Positions 37,144 to 47,605 of a stretch of DNA of 64,000 nucleotides are shown one piece after another. This DNA is from Zootoca vivipara (lineage: Eukaryota). The notes under the pieces were generated by a model. The model was not told where the DNA came from, searched no databases, and worked only from the letters and a program-made list of their open reading frames with translations. Position numbers and translations under genes: made by a program. The stretch spans positions 29,450,001-29,514,000 of the forward strand of contig NC_083290.1 of NCBI RefSeq assembly GCF_963506605.1, written 5' to 3'. Positions within the stretch are counted from its first letter, which is position 1; each line of letters opens with the position of its first letter.

Positions 37144-40100
37144 CTATTCCTCCGAAGAGGGGAGAAGGGCCTTTTCAGTGGCCATCTGCTTGAGGCTGTC
37201 AAAGAAGGAATTGAGCCTGTCCCTCACGTCTTTCTCCAGGAAGCTCAAGTGATCCTCCGTCTCACCAGCGTAAGGCTCCAGCTTCTTCTTCATCTCCTCC
37301 ACCTTCTGCACCAGGAGCCTGTTGAAATTCTCTCCATAGGGCCCCACCACCTGACGGAACTCCTCGATTTGCAGGTCGATCTTTTTGTTCAAGCCTTCCA
37401 CGTAGGGCGTCAGAGATTCGCGCAGGTCAGCCGCGTCCCCCTGCAGCTTCTCCCTCAGCTCCTGGGCAAGAGGGCTCAGCTTGAGGCGCAGATCCTCGGT
37501 CCTCTCCGAGAGCTGGGCCCGCAGATCCTCGATGCTCTTCTTCATCTGGAAAGACAGTCCCTCCAGCTGGCGGTTCAGCTGCTCTTGGGCGTCCTGGGTG
37601 TAGGGAGACAGGCTTTTCCGCAGCTCTACCATGGTTTGGTCCACCTTGCCCTTCAGCTCATCAGCATAGGGTGTCAGGCTCCCTTTGATGTCCTCCACCT
37701 TCTGGTTGACCTGCTGCTGCAGCTCATCGGCATAGGGAGACAGGGAGGTCCGGAGGCTGCCCATGTTCTCCTGCAGCTTGGCCTGCACCTCCTGGGCCAG
37801 GGCCTCCAGCTTCCTGCGCAGCTCTCCAGCATTCTGGTTCAGCCGGGCCTTCAGCTTCTCTGCATAAGGGGCCAGGTTGGCCTCCAGCTCCCGAATGTTC
37901 CTGCCGATTGCTGATTGGAAGTCGTCGGTGTGAGGGGCCAACTGAGCTCGGAGCTGCTGCAGCTCCTGCTGGATTTGCTGCTTCAGCCTCTCGGACTCTC
38001 CTGCCAGCCGAAGCTGCAGGTCTGTAGCAAAGGGGACCACCTTGTTCTGCATCTCCCTGGCATAGGTGTTGAGGGCCTGGACGTTGCCTTGGAAGAGGGT
38101 GCTGTGGAGGAGCAGGAGGAGAGAGGTGAGCAGACAGACAAGCACTCCTTGGCTCCCAAAACGCTTGGGAGTTTCAGCGTTCTTGCTGCCGTGGATTTCC
38201 CTCTGGTGCCCGGTGGCCACAGTTGCCCATCCATCTCCACCGCTGCAACACACAGCGCAGCAGCCGTGGCACTTTCCCACGCCCCCCCCCTGCGCTTGTG
38301 TCCCAACCCCGAGGTTTGTTCCCAGGCTGATCCTGTCCCTTCCAAGCCAGTTCTGAGAGGACAGCAGTTCAGGGCTTGCACCCTACACCAAAGGTGAGGA
38401 GCCTCAGGCCCAGAAGTTCAATGCATGCCCCCCCAGGCCTATACACCTGGCCCTCAAGAGCCAGTGTTCAAAATTAGCTGGGCACCAGGTACGTTTTGAG
38501 AAGAAGTGGAGATGTTTGGTTGCCAGGTTTGGCACCTAACATCTCCACCCTGGCTGGCTGGCATGGCTGCAATGGTGCACCAGTCAGCTGATCTGTGGGG
38601 CAGTGCAGCACCCAAAGAGACATGTCTTTCGGTGCTGCATGCATGAGACAGTGATTCACGCAGCAGGCATGTTTTATATCTCAGTTTCTAACACTGCATA
38701 GGTCTCTCCCCAGGCTGCATCCCTCACTGGTCCTATGCTAGTGATATTGACTGGCTGGAATGTCTGAACCCTGACAATACCTCTTGTTTCCTGAACAGAG
38801 GATAGAGGGTAGTGGGCATCTTGTAAAGTCCACCGCTGCTGTGAGACATGCCCCCCCCCCTCCCCAGAAGGTTGCTAAGAAGGGAAAGTGGCCCTTGGGC
38901 TGACAGAGACTCCCCACCCCTGCCCTACAACAAGGGCGAGCCATGTGTAGTACAACCCTGCATGCAGCACGTCACCCAATCCAGCAGATTATCATCTCCC
39001 GGAGAATGCCCCCCCCCGGCAAAAAAACTACAGAAACACGAGCCCCACCCCTGCCTTATATTCTGCTCATTCTTTGTGTCTTTGCTGGTTTAGGTATTGC
39101 ACAGGCTTTGAAGTGACCTCAAAAGTCACCTAGTTTTTTATTTGAAAAAATCACTATTTAAATTAAAAACAAGTTTCCAAATAATAGTAAGTGACATTAA
39201 AAGAAGAAGATCTTTAAAAAAGCAGCTAAATGTGTGTGTGTGTGTGCGTGTGTGTGCGTGCGTGCATGCATGCATGCGCAGAAGCAAAATAAAATCCTCA
39301 CATGATAAAACAGCAGTATCAAACTATTTCACAGCAAATACCCTATAATCTATCTAATGCCTCTGAGTGAATTTTGAAAGCCTTCCCATGACACCTGAAG
39401 CTTAAAAGTGACAGGTGATCTAGCAAAGATTTTAAGTGGCAACAACAGGAGGAGATGGACATGTGTTTGCAACGGGAGCGGGAAACCTGGGGGGTGTTGT
39501 TGTTGTTTTTAAAATGTATTAAATTAAAAGAATTTGGTTTAATTTGTAATCATTTGGAAAAATCAATAAAATAATATTTTTTTTAAAAAAAAGTGACAGG
39601 AGAATGGGGAGGGGTTATCTCACAAGTAGGGTGCCCCATCAAAAAGACCCTTCCCTCCTTACCAACTGCCTTGCCTTCAAAGGCAAATGGAGAAGCTCGG
39701 AAAGGGACAAGGGAGCAAGCAGGCAAGGGGGGTGGGGTGGGGGGGTGGGGGTGTCCCTAAGCCCAGTCACCATCATGAGCATTCCCCACCTCCACCGGCC
39801 CTGGAGGAAACAGCTACTCACTTCATCCTCTTGCTGATTTCTGACTGCTGGACTTGATCCACCGTCTCCTTGGCATTGTTGCCCATATCAGTGAAGTACT
39901 TCCAGACCACGTCAGCCACCTGGTCGGCGCTGATCTCGGCCTGGGCCCCTACAAGGATGAGGAGGGAGCAGGTTGGTGCTGTGTGTGACCCGGCTCAGAG
40001 CCTCCCACCCCAACTCCTCTGCCACTTGCCAATGTCCCACGTGTCTGCAGAGCCACAGCTGAACTCACATCATTTATGGGAATACTGGGAGAACCACACA

Positions 40101-40876
40101 GACCCTTCCCTTTAAGAATGCATGCACATATCCATCAAGTTTGGGTAGGACCAGGACTTTTTCAAACAGATGAGGCCTCTCAGCAAGGCTTCCAAGTTTA
40201 ATGTATGCTGCCAGGCCCAGCACAGAAAGGCTAGCCACATGCTTCTTTCCACATGCCCAGATTTGCCAGTTTTCCTTTCCATTTCAAGCAGGCACCCTGT
40301 TTCAGCCTGATCTGCCTCCTACTCTGAAATCCAGTCTCTCGGTTTGCTTTTCTCCTGGCCAGTACATTGAGGTTTCTCAAACAATGTTATTGCCAGGCAG
40401 AGGACCTTCTGAGCAGTGATGCCCTCCCTTTGGGACGCCCTCCCATCAAATGCCAAGGAGATAAAGAACTACACAATTTCTAGAATAAAAAAATTCCTTC
40501 AGTAGCACCTTAAAGACTAACTAAGGACCTATTGCAGTCATCAGCAGTCGTTAACAGTCATCAACAGGTTTACCACTCCTATCAGCCCATCACCCATTCC
40601 CATCACCCCCACCTTCTGAATATACATAAGGGTCTGGTGACTTCTGTTTCAGTGTATCTGACGAAGTGTGCATGCACACGAAAGCTCATACCAAAATAAA
40701 AACTTAGTTGGTCTTTAAGATGCTACTGAAGGAATTTTTTTATTTTGTTTCGACTCAGACCAACACAGCTACCTACCTGTAACTAAGACACCTGCAGGCA
40801 ACCCTGTATCAGGAAGTTTTTAAAGTTTGACGTTTTGTTATGTGTTTATGTGTTGGAAGCCACCCAGATGGGTGGG

Positions 40877-40934
<58 letters not shown>

Positions 40935-41276
40935 TGTAACAACTGGGCAAAGGGCTTTAGTAAAGAATCAATCTGCTGTGCACGACTCACAAGGTTTTAG
41001 CTTAATCACACTGATTTGCTACACCTGAGCTGCAAGACAAGCATCACTCGGTAAATTCTGAGATCTGAGCTACGCAGCATTTCTCCCACTATGCCTTGAC
41101 CGGCCAGCGCAACAAGAAATAGGTCAGTGAGAATTTACAAAGACTGAACAATATTTAGAATTCAACAGTTGGAAATAGGACCAGAGTGAGTGCAGATAAC
41201 AGGATCAGCAAAGCCCTTCTGGGTTACCTGTGATAGCCAAGAGGCTGAGGATCAAGGCTGCTGCCTTCAGAGTCAT
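37144..41276 (-). CDS. APOA4: Apolipoprotein A-IV, 377 aa
   Basis: Coding exons 41228-41276 (49 nt, MTLKAAALILSLLAIT), 39822-39948 (127 nt, AEISADQVADVVWKYF), 37144-38101 (958 nt, 22-aa PYA repeats, EDHLSFLEKDVRDRLNSFF). AATAAA at 37022-37027 (-). Confidence 0.96.
40395..40933 (+). mobile_element. L2-like 3' fragment with (AAT)n tail, interrupted by a Penelope fragment (about 40486-40785) with an inverted terminal piece
   Basis: Host sequence resumes at AGACACCTGCAGGCAACCCTG; 40486-40525 is an inverted copy of 40703-40745; (AAT)n at 40878-40933. Confidence 0.75.
40654..40691 (+). ncRNA. Minimal type-I hammerhead ribozyme motif (Penelope), APOA4 intron, antisense
   Basis: GTAT-CTGACGA-A-GTGTGCATGCACAC-GAAA-GC-TC-ATAC. 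Confidence 0.75.
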
Positions 41277-41311
41277 CTTTTGTGGCTGGGGGGTTTCAGA
41301 CACCACCGTTT

Positions 41312-41445
41312 NNNNNNNNNNNNNNNNNNNNNNNNNNNNNNNNNNNNNNNNNNNNNNNNNNNNNNNNNNNNNNNNNNNNNNNNNNNNNNNNNNNNNNNNN
41401 NNNNNNNNNNNNNNNNNNNNNNNNNNNNNNNNNNNNNNNNNNNNN
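41312..41445. other. Assembly gap
   Basis: Run of N. Confidence 1.
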
Positions 41446-42018
41446 GTGGCATTGCCATAAACACAGCCCCCTGATCTCACTCTTAGCCTTGCTCCAGCAT
41501 CCCCTCCAAATTCCTGCCCCCCTTCCCCATCCCCATCTCTTATGGCTCTTAAGACATATTTTCTACATCACTTAGACCACCCTTAGCATTGCGCCCTCCA
41601 GATGTTGCTGTACTACAACTCCCATTAGACCTTGTAGTCCAATAACCTATGGTTGTTGGCAAAGGCAGAATTAGGCAGCTGAAGCTTCGCTGCTTAGCCC
41701 TGAATCTGAGCTGGGGGGGGGAGAGGGGAGAACCACAGAGGTCCCCCCCCTCAAAACAACTTGAAAGGTAAGGCCAGATTAAAATTGGCCAGAGGTTTCC
41801 CCTTCTAACTATAGGTTGGGATAGAAATAAGGGGATCACAAAGGCAGTGCCCCGCTCTTCAAGTTCCCAGTAAGTAAAGCAGCACAAAACCTCCCCTGCT
41901 GCATTCTCCTGAACCAAACAGGGCTCCTAGCCCATCAGCAGCACCCTCCACGTCAATAGAAGAGCAATGTTCAAGCCTGAACCCTGCAGGCAGCTCGGCT
42001 CAGCTCAGCTCAGCTCAC

Positions 42019-42150
42019 CTCTTCTCCTTGCGCTGTCTCCTCAAGGTGGCTCAGCCTGCTTTGCCCATCCAAATTTATACTCCTCCGATCAGCTTCTTCC
42101 TGCTTCCACGCAGCAGGCTGCTGACACATCCTCAAGCTTTTGGACTTTAG
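42019..42150 (-). promoter_or_regulatory. APOA4: Predicted APOA4 core promoter and non-coding exon 1
   Basis: TATAAAT at 42073-42079 (-); donor GAG|GTGAGC at about 42018; HNF4-like TAAAGTCCA at about 42140-42148 (-). Confidence 0.6.
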
Positions 42151-42277
42151 CAGGAGCGCAAACGTGGACGAGGGCTGGATGGCAGCAAGGGACCCCCCCC
42201 CCCCCGGGTCTTATCTGCTGGGCAAGCAGAGCTCTTAGCAGAAACAGCCACGCCAGCCTCTGACAGAAAGGCAAAAC

Positions 42278-43393
42278 AACGCTTATGGGGGGGGCAGCAG
42301 CGTGGGAGTGCATGCTCTCACAAAAGAATTCATGAGGACTTGTAACTGCAATTGTGCACACTGTGCGGACCCTATCCCCCCTATGGGAACAGCACCAAGA
42401 TATGTCAGGTTCTTCGAATTGACCCCACCGCCCCAATCTCGCAGGCTGTCATCATGGCAAGGCAACAGTTACATACAGCTTCTCCAGAAGGTCATTCAAA
42501 CAAACAACCTTTCCGAATGCTGGATTTGCGCACACGCCCCTTCGCATATCAACGAAGGGATTCCCCTGATAAGCACCACCTTACTTTGGACCAATTCAGA
42601 TCTACCTACCTTCTTCAGAGGAACCTCACGTTCCTGACACCAAACTCCCAATATATCTACCTAAGCGGTTGCGCTGTGAGGTCCCTGCACAAGGAGTTTT
42701 CAGGGACAGGGGACCATATCCCTATGACAGCCTACCGGCCATTTAAAGAACAGGAGGTCCCCAGCCCCCATGACTCATGGCCGAATCAAGCCAAACGGGG
42801 AAACGTGGCTCCGCGGATTCCTTCCTGCATATGGAGCCTTCGCAAACCACCTTGACGTCCTCCGTCTTGCGGACGTCCTTCTACAGTTCATCAAAGAATC
42901 AGAAGCCATCACACTTGCGGTTCTAACCCAACTCACCCAAGTTCGTCTCCTTTCGACAAAGAACAGATTATGCACAGATTATTTATTATTTTCAATTGGA
43001 GGCGCTTGCAAACTAATAGGCACAGAATGCTGCTCTTACGTGTCAGACCAGACTCTCGACATCACCGGCCATCTTCAGACGCTCAACTCCCTCACCGAGA
43101 CTTTACAATAAATTCCTCACGGGGGACTCTCTGACTGGGACCCATGGTCTTGGCTACCGTCGACCACATGGGTCCGCAACCTCGCTAAAGGGATTTTACT
43201 AATTCTCATGTCCGTCATGTTGTTCCTCACCCTCTTCTGCTGCTGCATACAGTGCTTCCCCACCATGATGACAGCACTCCGCAGGCCGCCACCCCTCAAA
43301 TCCAAGCCCCCCTTCGAACCGGCACCACATACCCCAAGGTTGTTCCAATGTACCACCTGGGGAATGGAGAATACGTCACTGTCAATTATGTGA
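42278..43393 (+). pseudogene. env: Endogenous retrovirus env (gamma-type) pseudogene
   Basis: SU CWIC motif (NNLSECWICAH); possible furin remnant NQAKR; ISD-like KNRLCTDYLL; CX6CC CKLIGTECC; transmembrane segment GILLILMSVMLFLTLFCCCIQC. At least two frameshifts and an in-frame TAA at 43109-43111. Confidence 0.9.
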
Positions 43394-43441
43394 GGCAATG
43401 ATTGGTTGTTATATACAACAATATTGCCTGAGAGAGGGGAC

Positions 43442-44838
43442 TGTTATAGAAAATTATTGGGGGGGGCAGGACACCATTATTAATGAACAGAGAGGGGTGA
43501 CCAAATTTGACAGCTGCATCTACCCAGAATCCTGTTCAACGCCATCTTCCCCATCTCCTCCCGCTTGGACACAACCCTGCCTTAAGGAAGGCTTAAGGAT
43601 CAGCATATGCACACATTTCTCAACGTTAGCATAAGTTCACACATTTCCCCTCTTCACCTTCCCCTCCACCCCAGAACAAAACAATGACAGCGATTCACAT
43701 TTTCAAGCCAGCAATAGCCTGTTAATCCTTTAAAAGGATTCAATGAGGTTTGGGTATACATTGCAACACTGACAGCCAAAAGATACCTTTGTTTCAACCT
43801 CCGAGATGATGTTTCCATGAAAAAAGGAGGGGGAAAGCTGCCCAAAAACAAAGTGACAGTTCACTCAATAGTACAATCATTGAATAATGCAGCCCTTTAT
43901 TATATGTCTCCTTATTATGTGCCTTTTTATACGTCTCTGGGAAATCTAGCCTTTTCCTTTAGATTGTCTCAACAGAACCTTTTTGCCTTAAGTTATGCCA
44001 GAATCTCTCTGTATTAGAATTGCTTTTTTATATCTTAGAACCTTTATATATCAGGACTACTACCTTTTGCATAGAATTCTCTGTATTAGATATGTCTTCT
44101 GTAAAAGGAAATGCTGCATAAACCGTGTATGACCCCAGCCCACCTGAACCCTGCCCCATTGCCACCCTGTATCAATTCAAAAGACACACACGGACAATGA
44201 TGGATTAGCTGGGACAGTTTATTCAAACTTCCAGAAGTGTCACCTTTTACATAACCCCAGGGATCATCCTTGCGTGACCTGGAGGAAAACACCTGCCGGA
44301 TGGACCCCAACCCCTCGGCAAGGCAATCACCAGGAACGGTCCCACCTCGACTCCCATCTCGACTGATTGTTCCCTCCTGTCAAGCAAAAGGAAAACCCAT
44401 CAGCAACGGGAGGAGAACAATTGACATTTCACCATATGAAGAAATAGTCGTATCAACACCCAGTTAATCCCATAAGCACCCGTTTTCCTTGCCTTTCCCG
44501 TCCCTACCAGTCCAGGGGTTTCCACGCGGGGACAGGAGGGTATAAAAGCAAGATGATGAATTGGCAGGATACCCACTATTGCCACAGATGCAGAACTGGT
44601 TTTCAATAACAGGGAACAGCCCTGAAGCAACAGCAATAAAACATAGTCTCTAGGCATGGGACCCTACAGCTGTAGTCTTTTCATTTCTGTAATAAAGGGA
44701 TCAGTTTGTTTTACCTGACAGCATCGTGTGCTTTCTGTCATTTTCCTGGCGGAGCTGAACTTAGCACAAATTTTGGAGCTTCCAATCCGCGTCTGTCCGA
44801 TCCGCGTCTGCGCATTTTAGGGTCATTTTTCCATAACA
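43442..44838 (+). mobile_element. ERV 3' LTR (about 1.4 kb)
   Basis: Preceded by polypurine tract GAGAGAGGGGA (43430-43440); inverted termini TGTTATAGAAAA...TTTTCCATAACA; TATAAAA at 44541; AATAAA at 44635 and 44691. Confidence 0.85.
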
Positions 44839-45176
44839 AAACCAAAGAGGTCAGGAGGAATGGAGTGCAACTACATAGGGCAGATAAATGGTAGGAAGCT
44901 TGATGGATTTTGGATTTTGGGGTGTGGCATGACTGAAAACCAGGCATGGGCATACTCCAACAGAATGTGGCTTGAAGGCCCAGGAGAGGGGGGTGTTATT
45001 GTGGTAAAATGAATGGTGGCTGTGGGCAGCTTCCCCGTCCTGTGTCTGGCTTCCCTCAAAGCGTCATCTCAGTCTGGTCTGCGCCTGGATAGAAAACAGC
45101 CCCGTCGACCTGCTCTCCCACCTCCAACCCTCAGAGTTTCTTTTTTAAAGGAAGACAGGGACCAAAGTGTCTAGTC

Positions 45177-45820
45177 CAGTGATGGCGAACCTATGACACG
45201 TGTATCAGACGTGACACGCAGAGCCCTCAGTGCTAGCACACGCCCCATCGGCCCATTCGCACTGTTTTTGTTCTTTTCCCCCCCATTTGTTCTCCCGCTC
45301 CTCCTCCTCTCCGCTGTTAAAACCCGGATCCCTTTTTGTTGTTGTTGTTGCTGGTAGCCAGAGATTGGTTTTTAACCCTTTCTGTGCTGGTTTTTTTGGT
45401 GCTTTGGCAGACTATGTCGGTGCTGCATGTTAGTTCCAGCGAAGGTATTATTCGTCATTTATTTCTGTTCTCTTTCCCCCCCAAAAAGCGCTGCCGCTTT
45501 GGGGCATTCCCCCCCAAAGCAAAGCAACTTTTGCACCCCCCCCCCAAAAAACCTCCAAAACTTTGGTCAGCAGCTCCCCCCAAAAAGCTCAACAACTCTG
45601 GGCACTTTGTGATAAATAAGGGTTTTTTTTGTTTTGTTTGGTTAAATAATTAGTTTTTGGTTTATTAAATACAGTTATATATTACAATCATACATTTTTG
45701 TTATTTAAACTATAAATATCGCAAAATTATGGTGTTTTTTCTTGAAGTGACACCACCTGAGTTATGCTCGGTTTTTTGGCGAATTTTGACACACCAAGCT
45801 CAAAAGGTTGCCCATCACTG
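45177..45820. mobile_element. Non-autonomous hAT element (hAT1/OC1-like termini)
   Basis: TIRs CAGTGATGGCGAACCT...AGGTTGCCCATCACTG; 8-bp TSD GTCTAGTC at 45169-45176 and 45821-45828. Confidence 0.92.
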
Positions 45821-46234
45821 GTCTAGTCTAACTACACCCCTTACCAAGCATGGCTCCAGCATGATTAAGGGATGGACATTCTGCCCTGTCTAGATCCCTG
45901 TAGCGTTTAAAGGTTGGGATATAGCTGCAAGCGATTTATTCAGCTGTTGCCAGCTTTGCAGCAGTTGCTCTGGATTAACTTGGCATCGGAGGGCAGACTT
46001 GAGCAACACTGGATTTCTTCAAGCGCTCGCTATGATGAATTGGCAGGATACCCACTATTGCCACAGACGCAGAACTGGTTTTCAATAACAGGGAACAGCC
46101 CTGAGGCAACAGCAAGAAAACATAGTCTCTGGGCATGAACAGAGTGCATTTAATTTGATTTGATTGACATCCTATGCCCTTTTAAAATGTGGTTCTTTTG
46201 GGGGGTGTTATTGACATTTCCCCCACCCCTATAT

Positions 46235-46580
46235 AGTAAAGGTAAAGGGGCCCTTGACCATCAGGTCCAGTCATGTCCGACTCTGGGGTTGCGGCGCTCA
46301 TCTCGCTCTATAGGCCGAGGGAGCCAGCGTTTGTCCGCAGACAGCTTCTGGGTCATGTGGCCAGCATGACAAAGCTGCTTCTGGTGAACCAAAGCAGCGC
46401 ACAGAAACGCCGTTTACCTTCCCGCCGGAGCGGTCTCTATTTATCTACTTGCACTTTGACGTGCTTTCGAACTGCTAGGTGGGCAGGAGCTGGGACCGAG
46501 CAACGGGAGCTCACCCCATTGCAGGGTTTCGAACCACCGACCTTCTGATCAGCAAGCCCTAGACTCTGTGGTTTAACCCA
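46235..46580 (-). mobile_element. Sauria (Squam1) SINE, cut by assembly gap
   Basis: Family sequence runs into the N run. Confidence 0.9.
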
Positions 46581-46734
46581 NNNNNNNNNNNNNNNNNNNN
46601 NNNNNNNNNNNNNNNNNNNNNNNNNNNNNNNNNNNNNNNNNNNNNNNNNNNNNNNNNNNNNNNNNNNNNNNNNNNNNNNNNNNNNNNNNNNNNNNNNNNN
46701 NNNNNNNNNNNNNNNNNNNNNNNNNNNNNNNNNN
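46581..46734. other. Assembly gap
   Basis: Run of N. Confidence 1.
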
Positions 46735-47534
46735 TCCTGTGAACCACCCTGAGACCTCCAGGTATAGCGTGGTATATAAATTCAATGAATAAATAAATAA
46801 ATCTCTCTCACCCCCTTCCATAACCATTTCTCGCACATATTGGATTAGGAGCAGGGCTTGTAAGAGGAGGCACACTTGAACCCAAAGGTACCCAGGGACT
46901 GGGTAGGCTAGCTTACCTTCTGGGTAGTAATTTTCAGAGGTGGAGGGAAAGCTCTGTTTAGCTTCCAAGGAAATTCTCTTTTTGTACCTCACACCCTCCC
47001 ACCCCAAAAAACCCAAGGGGAAAGATATAACTTTGTTTTCTGGAAAATCCTAATGTTGGGGCAAGGTGTACATCAAGGGCAGAGTTTTCCCAGGTTTGGA
47101 AGCCACTACCGAAGAGGCCCTGTCGCATGCTTCTATTCTCTGTTTAACAACAAAATTGTTTATCCCCAGAGTAAGAAAACGGCCAACTCCCCCCACCCTG
47201 GACCCCCGCAGGATGTTAAACAAAGTTTATTGGGGACATAATGTCTTATGTGCTTGATAAGAACTGCTCAGTTTATTTGCTCTTGTTTGTTATTGGAAGC
47301 GCCTGGAGTTTCCCCTCTCTCCCACTCACCCTCAGCCTTCAATTGAGTGCTGCTTTCCCACTTTGGTGGTTGGTTTTCTGGAGAGTAAACAAAATGAAGG
47401 AGATGAAAAAAACTGGGAGGATGAATAGCCCAAAGATGTGGAGTTTGTAAGAGTCTTAACTACCGGTATGTTTTATGGGTACAAACTGATAGCACCAAGG
47501 ACTTCTGGGACAAAGAAGCAACAACAACCTGCCA

Positions 47535-47537
<3 letters not shown>

Positions 47538-47603
<66 letters not shown>
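47538..47603. repeat. (CT)n microsatellite
   Basis: Direct observation. Confidence 0.95.

Positions 47604-47605
<2 letters not shown>

Noticed and set aside
36562-38397. 450-aa and 160-aa plus-strand ORFs
   Set aside because: Antisense shadows of the APOA4 last exon; its CAG/CTG/GAG codon bias removes stops on the opposite strand. No promoter or domain support.
42770-43111. env TM ORF as a functional captured syncytin
   Set aside because: No signal peptide, frameshifted from SU, degenerate ISD and a stop before the transmembrane helix.
44774-44792. TGGAGCTTCCA resembling a tRNA-Gln primer binding site, suggesting a tandem or circularly permuted provirus
   Set aside because: The LTR inverted terminus matching the 5' end is at 44838, so this sequence is inside U5; the match also fails after 11 nt.
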